In this document: one piece after another, positions 13,601-64,000 of the stretch | How the letters are laid out: each line of letters begins with the position of its first letter | Position numbering within the stretch: the stretch's first letter is position 1 | Assembly (NCBI GenBank): GCA_051294375.1 | Contig: CM119266.1 | Coordinates: 3,846,420 to 3,910,419 of the forward strand | Source of the DNA: Paraspadella gotoi | Lineage: Eukaryota; Animalia; Chaetognatha | Reading direction: 5' to 3' | Length of the DNA stretch: 64,000 nt | Made by a program: the position numbers and the translations under genes | The notes under the pieces: model-generated | Seen by the model: the letters and a program-made list of their open reading frames with translations, nothing else | Database searches by the model: none | What the model was told of the DNA's origin: nothing

Positions 13601-15207
13601 CCGAATTTACTTTTTTACGCAGATAAAATTGAATAATATTGCCAAAAAAATGTAAGCTAAATTTCGTCGAATCGTTAAAGTTCAACTTTTTTATGAAATG
13701 ACGAAGGAATATAACTTATATTATAATCTAAAAAAGGAATTAAGGGGATGAATAATTTTTTCCTTTTCGCAGTCAAATTACTTTAAATCTTTCTCAATCT
13801 CTCAACCGCCACTCCCCTTTAAGTATCCGTCTCAAAACCGCATCGAACGGATTCAACGAATGTTCAGCCGCCACAAATCTTTCCTCCCCTTAATTTAAAG
13901 TAGTTTCAATCTATGTGCGGCGCTCGCAAGCTCTCTGTTTCTGCCAAATCTCAAAAGCTTTTTTTTTTAGCAAGCGCAGCGAGTACTCTCGGAGGAACTC
14001 GCGGATTTACTTTTCGTGTTAGTCTGTTAGTCTGTTTAACTTATTTAATTTCTCGTTAAATATTTGGTATAAATGGTAAAATAGTATCATTAAACTCTTA
14101 AGTCAAAATTTTTATACAATAACTTACCTACAAATCCAATCATAAGCATAAAAAATCAGTATAATGTACATTCAATAAAATATTAAATCATTTAAAAATA
14201 CATACATTGCAGATATGGTATACACTAAGAAAAGCTTTCGTTATTACCCTTAACCCTAACCTTAAATTTATCTTATAAAAAATTCAATGGCGCGCGCAAC
14301 ACCTAGAAAGAGCCATTCCTTATTTTAACATTTTCTCAAATTTTTATTATTATTTCCCCACCTTTTAATCCTTCTTCCTTCTTTTTCACTTACCCTCTGC
14401 CATTTCTTGATCTCATTCCAAACGATTTCGCTAAAAACATTTTCCCCTTTTTTGGGCCTCCAATATTTCAACCTCCACTTTAGCTTTCCTTTTTTTCTTT
14501 TTTTTTCTTTTTCCCATTTTAACGCCCTTTATCTTCATTTATTTTTTACTTTCCTTTTTCCTCCCTTTCCTCCTTGCCTTTTTACTTTAACCTTATCTTC
14601 CCTTTCCTTCCCTTTCCTAACCCTCACTTTCTTTTTTTCTATTTTCTCCTTTCTCTTTTCTTTCTTTTTTCCTCCCTTTTCTTTCCTTAGTCGCCCTCCA
14701 TTTTTTCGTTTCTTTCTTTCCTTTTTCCTCCAATTTCTTTATCCTTCCTCCATTTTCTCCTTCAACGAAGAAACGATATGAAACAGATTTGAGGAAAGAA
14801 AACCAGAAGGAAAGAAAAAAGGAAAGAAAAAAAAGAAAAAAGAAAAAATCTAAAAAATAAGATGAAGAAATTTTTTTTCTTTATGGAAACAGAATTTTTT
14901 TTTTGTTAGTTCAGAGGCCATCGTTAAATCTGTCACCAAAGATGGAAAAAACGGAAATGGCAAATTTGTCAACGAAAAGAAAAAAAAGAAAAAGAATTTG
15001 CAAAAAAAAAAAGAATTGTCAGATTTTAAAGTTAAAACAAAATTTGTCTTAATGATGTTAAAAAAAGTCGTTTGTAATGAAATTGCGGAGAAAGTAGTCG
15101 ATCCTGTGGTCAGAAATTAAGTTGGTTCTTAGGATCGCTAAATATAGACGATATACCTTGAAGAAGATACACGAGGTTAAAAAGTAGTTAATAACTTTGG
15201 ACGTCGA

Positions 15208-15303
<96 letters not shown>

Positions 15304-15388
15304 TAAAAAACGGTTTTCGTTCTCGACTTGAAATTCGAATGAGAGAAACTTCACGATGTAAGGAGATATCAAGTCAGCCGACGCGACG

Positions 15389-15449
<61 letters not shown>

Positions 15450-16652
15450 AGTTATTTGGTGAACGGGACCTTTGTGACGAGGTCATCTGGTTGATTGAGT
15501 CAATTAGAGTCGCCATAGACTTTATACTTATACTTATACTTGGGTTGTCATGGAACTCGGAAACATTAGGTGAAACTAAGTATTAGGTTTTACTCAATTC
15601 GCCGACGGAGTAACGTTTAAAGAATCACCGAGAGAACCAGAGAAACGCCCGTTAGTTGTACTCACATGTAACATGTAACATGTAATAGGTAACATATAAG
15701 ATCATTTAAATTCCAAATCGTGATCTTTCTCCTTCTTTTCACTTAAGGCGCGCGAGGGCCGCCTTCAAATCCGCTCTGCCCCGAATCTGCGCGGAACAAT
15801 CAGGCGGTCACCCGCTCGCCGCCAATCCCGCCCCTGGACATACAACGTCAAAACTCAATTTCAAAACGACAACAACAACACAACAACGACGAAATCAAAG
15901 GGAAAAACGTCATAGGGAATAACAACAACAACAACAACGCCTACCGATCGGTGTGTTCGAGTCGAAAACTAAACAGTTTCTCGTCAGCGCGGTGAGTTAT
16001 GTGAGGGCGAAGGGTAGGGTGAAGGGGGGGCGAGTGGCGGGGTGGTGGGTGGGTTAGGTTAAGTAAGTCAAATGAGGGAAACGCCTACCGTTGACGCCCA
16101 CGAGGGGAAAAAAACTTTTTAAAAGGAGGAAAGGGAGAAGATAAAAGGGAAAAGAAGAGAAAAAAGGAAAATAAGAAAAGAAAAAAAAGAAAAGAAAGAA
16201 AAGCGATAAAAGAAAGAAAAGAAAAGGAAAAAGAAAAGGAAAAGGAAAAAAGAAAGAAAAGAAAAGAAAAGGTCCTTAAAGAAAGAGCTAATTCAACTTT
16301 CCCTTTTCTGCCCTCGACCTCATATATTTCTTTCTCTCATCTCTCATTCTGTTCTCTGTCATCCGTCGCCGCCGCCGCCGCCGCCGCCGCCGGCCTCCCA
16401 TCCTCCTCCTCCTCCTCCCGCCGCCCCAGACGTGGCCGCCAAGAGCTCCGTACCCGGACCGGGCCATTACCACGCCTCCGCGGTCGGCGCTAAGGCGTTC
16501 CCGGCCGAGATGGCGTCGGCGACGGGACCCACGCCGCCGGAAAGGGGGCGCCACCGCTGCGGCCGTCATTATCTCTGCATCTCGCCCCGGCGATGCCGCT
16601 GCCGAACCGGAACCGGAACCCGACCTGGGCATATGATGTGGTCAAGTTTAAG
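10108..16652 (+). pseudogene. STPG1: Mirror copy of STPG1-like exons 1-5 (starting at 10108; 11249-11433, 11779-11957, 15748-15991, 16430-16652); likely artefactual duplicate
   Basis: Reverse complement of the first copy with independent indels; ends at a 25-N gap before exon 6. Confidence 0.7.
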
Positions 16653-17683
16653 GTTAGTGGTATTGGGTGGAGAAAGAAAGAAAGATAGAAAGAAAAAAGA
16701 AAGAAAGAAAGAAAGAACGAACGAGCGAACAATTTAAAATTATCCATTCATTCAATAAATAACTTATCTTCACCTTTGATAAAGAGCGAGACATCTGTTG
16801 CAGACTTGGATTATTTTGTTGTGTTAATATATATTGTATATATATATATTGTATGTAAGACTAAAGGAGATCCTAACGCTCCGTCTGTCAGAGGAAAGAA
16901 AGTTTATCGTTGAACGGATGGTCTCTNNNNNNNNNNNNNNNNNNNNNNNNNCGTTACGCAAACGCTGTGGTTCGTTAAGGTTGGCATTGTCCGTTTGTCC
17001 GTTTGTCCTCGCTTATGTCACGCATTAAAAAGAGAAGGGCCTCGCATTTACGGCGAGAATAAAAAAGGGGGCGTGTCAGCGTAACAGCGTAGCAGCGTGA
17101 CAGCGCGGCAGAGAGGAGATCTCAACGATGTCGTTTTATGGGAAGAGATATAAAAGTCGGTTGAGAAAAGGACGGAGATCGTTCGAGGCTTTTCATCCCC
17201 CACCGGTTCATGCTTAACTTAACTATTTAAACAGTTTTCTACTTTCAATATCATGAATTAGTTAAAGAGTTTGCTCGCGGTTATAACTTTATATATGTAG
17301 ATATAAATGCGTTTTTATAAAAGTTTTCTTCCATGTTTAGGTTAAATATTAAGTTTAAAATTTTAGGATAAAGAAACAGAAATTAGGCGAGCTTGGAAAA
17401 GAGAGCCCTAACTTTTGACTTTTTTCTTCTTTCTTTTATTTTCTCTCTGTCATTTCTTGTGCCTAATTTACGAGTGTTGTTCCTTTGTTTCCCCCCGTCC
17501 CTCTGTTGTTAAAAGTTCGAAACAGTTGATTAAGAAGAAAAAGACGAGTGCAAACCAGAAAAAAAATTGGAAGAAAAAGTATAAAAGAAAGAAAGAAAAT
17601 AAATGGAAAAACAAGAAAGAAAAAGAAAAAGAGAGACAAATGGGGAAAAAATAGAAAGAAAAAAGCGAAATAGAAAAATGAAA

Positions 17684-17794
<111 letters not shown>

Positions 17795-18149
17795 CAAGAC
17801 AAAAGGAAAAGGGAAAACCGAAGGCGAATTTGTCAGCGGCGGCGGCAGGCTGCGGCGGCGGCGTCGGCGGCGGCGGCGTCGGTGGCAGCGAAAAAAAAGA
17901 AGAGATAATTAATTCCCAGTCGAGAGTCGCGAGGGCGCCGCTCGATTCGATCGCCAATCAGCTTGTCTTTTGATCGCCAATCAGTTTTTTTTTCGATCGT
18001 CAATCAGCTTGATTTACGATCGCCAACCAGCTTGTTTTTCGGTCGCCAAGCTGCTTGGCGTCGTTTCTAAGTTGACAAACGTCGGATTCGTTTTTCTTCG
18101 ATGGTCCGATGTAAATCTCCTTTTTGCCATCGAAGTTTTTTACGATTTA

Positions 18150-18185
<36 letters not shown>

Positions 18186-18210
18186 NNNNNNNNNNNNNNN
18201 NNNNNNNNNN

Positions 18211-18247
<37 letters not shown>

Positions 18248-18324
18248 GGTTCTCTCGCTCTCTCTCTCGCTCGCTCGTCTCTCTCTCTCTTCTCTCTCTC
18301 TCCTCTCTTTCTCTCTTTCTCCGC

Positions 18325-20655
18325 TCTCTCTCTCTCTTCCGATCTTTCCTTTATTTTATTTTTTGTTGATTATGATTATGATACGATCATGCTCATTCTT
18401 TCTGATATCTCTTTGCGTTGCCCTTGAGAACGCCCTCTTCTTTGGCGAATTGAAAATAATTCCGATCTTTTTCGAAAGAGTCTTCGCATTTTTTTCATTG
18501 TCATTTTCATTAACCAACTTTAATACGTAGAAAGTATGAAAAGCTTTTATTCTTCATTCCACGCCAATTCATAATGTATTCACTAGAGGTCTAAAAATCT
18601 TCTGGCTGCTTTTGTAGATGTTGTCGGAGACAATCGAACCTGAAGTCAGTCGAGTGACTTCACCCATGATTCGTAATCGGTTAATTCAATCAGATGTTCC
18701 AATTTTGTATATTTGATATAATTCAGTTTCGGGATTTGATACTTGCTTCCGCATGACTGACTTTTTTAAAAGGCGATTTAGTATTAGCGAAATGATTATT
18801 TTTCGCAACGATTTTTTTATTTAATTGTTACAAACATGTTTCGAATAGTATGCAAGTTGAAAAAAGTATGCAAGTGAAAAAGTATGCAAGTGAAAAAAGT
18901 ATGCAGTTGAAAAAAGTATGCAAGTTGAAAAAAGTATGCCAAGTTGAAAAAAGTATGCAAGTGAAAAAATGATGCAAGTTGAAAAAATGATGCAGTTGAA
19001 AAATGATACAAGTTGAAAAAATGATACAAGTTGAAAAAATAAAATTAGATAAAACCTAGAAAAAATGATACAAGTTAAAAAAAATAAGCAAGCTGAAAAA
19101 GCATACAAGCTGAAAATAATACAAGTTAAAATAATGCAATTTAAAAAATGATGCAAATTGAAAAAAAATATGCGAGTGAAAAAAATCTCTCTCTCTCTTC
19201 CCGATCTTTCCTTTATTTTTATTTTTTTTGATTATGATTATGATACGATCATGCTCATTCTTTCTGATATCTTCTTTGCGTTTGCCCTTGAGAACGTCCT
19301 CTTCTTTGGCGAATTGAAAAATAATTCCGATCTTTTTCGAAAGAGTCTTCGTATTTTTTTTCATTGTCATTTTCATTAACCAACTTTAATACTTTAGAAA
19401 GTATGAAAAAGCTTTTTATTCTTCATTCCACGCCAATTCATAATGTGTTCACTAAGAGGACTAAAAATCTTCTGGCTGCTTTTGTAGATTTGTCGGAGAC
19501 NNNNNNNNNNNNNNNNNNNNNNNNNNNNNNNNNNNNNNNNNNNNNNNNNNNNNNNNNNNNNNNNNNNNNNNNNNNNNNNNNNNNNNNNNNNNNNNNNNNN
19601 NNNNNNNNNNNNNNNNNNNNNNNNNNNNNNNNNNNNNNNNNNNNNNNNNNNNNNNNNNNNNNNNNNNNNNNNNNNNNNNNNNNNNNNNNNNNNNNNNNNN
19701 NNNNNNNNNNNNNNNNNNNNNNNNNNNNNNNNNNNNNNNNNNNNNNNNNNNNNNNNNNNNNNNNNNNNNNNNNNNNNNNNNNNNNNNNNNNNNNNNNNNN
19801 NNNNNNNNNNNNNNNNNNNNNNNNNNNNNNNNNNNNNNNNNNNNNNNNNNNNNNNNNNNNNNNNNNNNNNNNNNNNNNNNNNNNNNNNNNNNNNNNNNNN
19901 NNNNNNNNNNNNNNNNNNNNNNNNNNNNNNNNNNNNNNNNNNNNNNNNNNNNNNNNNNNNNNNNNNNNNNNNNNNNNNNNNNNNNNNNNNNNNNNNNNNN
20001 NNNNNNNNNNNNNNNNNNNNNNNNNNNNNNNNNNNNNNNNNNNNNNNNNNNNNNNNNNNNNNNNNNNNNNNNNNNNNNNNNNNNNNNNNNNNNNNNNNNN
20101 NAATCGAACCTGAAGTCAGTCGAGTGACTTCACCCATGATTCGTAATCGGTTAATTCAATCAGATGTTCCAATTTTGTATATTTGATATAATTCAGTTTC
20201 GGGATTTGATACTTGCTTCCGCATGACTGACTTTTTTAAAAGGCGATTTAGTATTAGCGAAATGATTATTTTTCGCAACGATTTTTTTATTTAATTGTTA
20301 CAAACATGTTTCGAATAGTATGCAAGTTGAAAAAAGTATGCAAGTGAAAAAGTATGCAAGTGAAAAAAGTATGCAGTTGAAAAAAGTATGCAAGTTGAAA
20401 AAAGTATGCCAAGTTGAAAAAAGTATGCAAGTGAAAAAATGATGCAAGTTGAAAAAATGATGCAGTTGAAAAATGATACAAGTTGAAAAAATGATACAAG
20501 TTGAAAAAATAAAATTAGATAAAACCTAGAAAAAATGATACAAGTTAAAAAAAATAAGCAAGCTGAAAAAGCATACAAGCTGAAAATAATACAAGTTAAA
20601 ATAATGCAATTTAAAAAATGATGCAAATTGAAAAAAAATATGCGAGTGAAAAAAA
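18325..20655. repeat. ~870-bp direct duplication straddling a 601-N gap; contains an 18-bp aagtatgcaagttgaaaa minisatellite (~18847-19040 and ~20317-20510)
   Basis: ~18325-18630 matches 19190-19500, and 18632-19185 matches 20102-20655. Confidence 0.9.
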
Positions 20656-21746
20656 TTTTTAACGTATTCTGATAGAGCTTGAAAAGTTATTAAAAATATT
20701 ATAAAATTTAATGAATGATGATGATGAGGATTTTTTAAGGTTTTTTTAAATTTTAGCCCATTTATCATTAAAATTTTTGAAATTTGTAGTACTAACCTTT
20801 ATTTAACTTTTTAATCTTTATCAGATTTTATTTTTAAAAATTTAAATTTCTTAAAATTTTTTTAAGCATTTCTTATGTACTGTTAAATATTAAAATGCTT
20901 CCATGCATGAGGAAAATTAATTTTATCAAAATCTAACATCATAAGTCAATTTAGTTGTAAAAGGACAAAAGACTTTTATTGCAGACTTTTTCATATTGTA
21001 AAAATTGTTAAATTTTGGCCCGCCTTAATATACATCCGTCGGTCCTACCTATTTCTCATAATTCGGATAATACTATATCAGTAAGGTACCATAAACCTTT
21101 AATGTACATATGTAATATATCATACTTGTGAAGTCATGTGATAAACTAAAAAGGCAANNNNNNNNNNNNNNNNNNNNNNNNNNNNNNNNNNNNNNNNNNN
21201 NNNNNNNNNNNNNNNNNNNNNNNNNNNNNNNNNNNNNNNNNNNNNNNNNNNNNNNNNNNNNNNNNNNNNNNNNNNNNNNNNNNNNNNNNNNNNNNNNNNN
21301 NNNNNNNNNNNNNNNNNNNNNNNNNNNNNNNNNNNNNNNNNNNNNNNNNNNNNGACTATATCAAAATACAGTCACGTGATAAGAAAATCTATGTAGCATT
21401 GTTCAAGTAATATGTGGTTATTTAAGTTAATGCTTATAAGTGATCATATCATCTGTATTATGGTTCTTGGGTATATATTTCTGACTTGTGCAGTCACATG
21501 ATCATGGGGAATGTCATGTCATGTCACTGCAGAACAACACTTTGATCTTTCCGCTTCATTTAAATTAGACTATTTATTCTGTTAGTACTATATATTGAAA
21601 CAGCTGAACGTTTAAATTGACCTATTATAAAAACAATTTTTTCTCCATATTTTATTAAAAAGATATTTTAAAATTTAAGGGATGTATATTTAGATTTTAA
21701 TTATACAACTTTCACCCCTCATCCCCAACTCCACTTCCCCCTGCAG

Positions 21747-62740
<40,994 letters not shown>

Positions 62741-64000
62741 GGCATTTGATGGCATTTATCAAGATCGACAATCCTATGGTAAGTAGATGGCGTTTGATGG
62801 CATTTATCGAGATCGACGATCCTATGGTAAGTTGATGGCATTTGATGGCATTTATCAAGATCGACGATCCTATGGTAAATCGATGGAATTTGATGGCATT
62901 TATCGAGATTGATGATCTTATGGTGAGGTGATGGCATTTGATAGCATTTATCAAGATCAATGATCCTATGGTAAGTCGATGGCATTTGATAGCATTTATC
63001 GAGATTGACGATCCTATGGTAAGTCGATGGCGTTTGATGGCATTTATCGAGATCGACGATCCTATNNNNNNNNNNNNNNNNNNNNNNNNNGGTGAGTTGA
63101 TGGCATTTGATGGCATTTATCGAGATCGACGATCCTATGTGAGTTGATGGCATTTGATGGCATATATCAGAGATCGACGATCCTATGGTAAGTTGATGGC
63201 AATTTGATGGCATTTATCAGATCGAGATCCTATGGTAGTGATGGCATTTGATGGCATTTATCAGAGATCGACGATCCTATGGTGAAGTTGATGGACATTG
63301 ATGGCATTTAGAGTCGAATTGATGGTGAAGGAGGATTTGGCATTTATCAGGACTCAATGGGGCTTCATTGCATTCTTTATATGGCTTTATCTTAAATTCG
63401 TCTTTCACAAATATGTGAGTTGAGGCATTGATGGCATTTGATGACGATCTATAGATGATTTATGCATATCAGATCGACGATCCTATGGTGAAGTTCGATG
63501 GCATTTGATGGCATTTATCGAGATGACGATCCTATGGTAGTTGATGGCATTGTGTATTGGCAGATTGATGGATCGAGAGGATCGAGTCGGTCAGGTCCTT
63601 GTCATTCGATTTGCTTATCTTATATGCTTTATAGATTCGTCGTCACTGGTAACATGCAGATGATATGAGATCGAGTCCTGATGTAGTCATATTGATGGCA
63701 TTTATCAGAGATCGACATCCTATGGTAAGTTGATGGCATTTGATGGCATTATGAATAGATCCTATGTAAGCGATGCTTGTATCGGACACGCCTATGGTGA
63801 GTTGATGGCATTTGATGGCATTTATCGAGATGACGATCCTATGGTGAGTTGATGGAGTTGGATGGACTTGAGTGAATTGATGGTGAGAGAGGATGGAGTC
63901 GGTTCAGGGGCCTTTTCATCATTCTTTTATTCTATATTCTTTATTAATTCGATTTCTTTCACTAAATAATTCATTTTTTTAATAAATAATTCCATCTTTC
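62741..64000 (+). repeat. Second copy of the 48-bp donor minisatellite and its tail
   Basis: Same unit as 52600-54260; ~63790-64000 closely matches ~54085-54295. Confidence 0.92.

Larger units (their letters stand above)
560..16921. repeat. Giant inverted repeat/palindrome with ~8.2-kb arms and apex near 8723; probably an assembly or read fold-back
   Basis: 560-7714 is the reverse complement of ~9770-16921, and 8511-8720 mirrors 8726-8998. The arms differ mainly by scattered 1-bp indels. Confidence 0.95.

Noticed and set aside
18325-20655. Real tandem duplication or coding exon
   Set aside because: Copies are near-identical and would join seamlessly if the gap had zero length, as expected for overlapping contig ends; no convincing protein in any frame.

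Overview
AT-rich, microsatellite-rich metazoan (probably invertebrate) draft genomic sequence with spliceosomal GT-AG introns; no prokaryotic, CRISPR or rRNA features were seen. Two genes were reconstructed by hand. (1) A six-exon STPG1/MAPO2-like gene (276-7375, minus strand), mirrored in a ~16.4-kb fold-back palindrome centred near 8723. (2) A large plus-strand mosaic extracellular-protein gene (at least 21747-62740, both ends missing) with the order EGF - SRCR - EGF - reelin-like subrepeat - EGF - six LamG/ConA-like repeats - Pro/Thr linker - SRCR - nine or more EGFs, most with the Ca-binding consensus. The most notable signals are tandem duplications spanning 5' splice sites at three introns of gene 2, including a 48-bp array of roughly 25-30 splice donors; a complete minimal type I hammerhead ribozyme at 26022-26065; and an 11-copy AP-1/ARE-motif array next to a Pol III B box. 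Assembly quality is poor: seven gaps of exactly 25 N, indel-rich long-read-like segments, two fold-backs and several local duplications. Frameshifts and copy numbers are therefore unreliable. All homologies are from my recall of family motifs, not from database searches.
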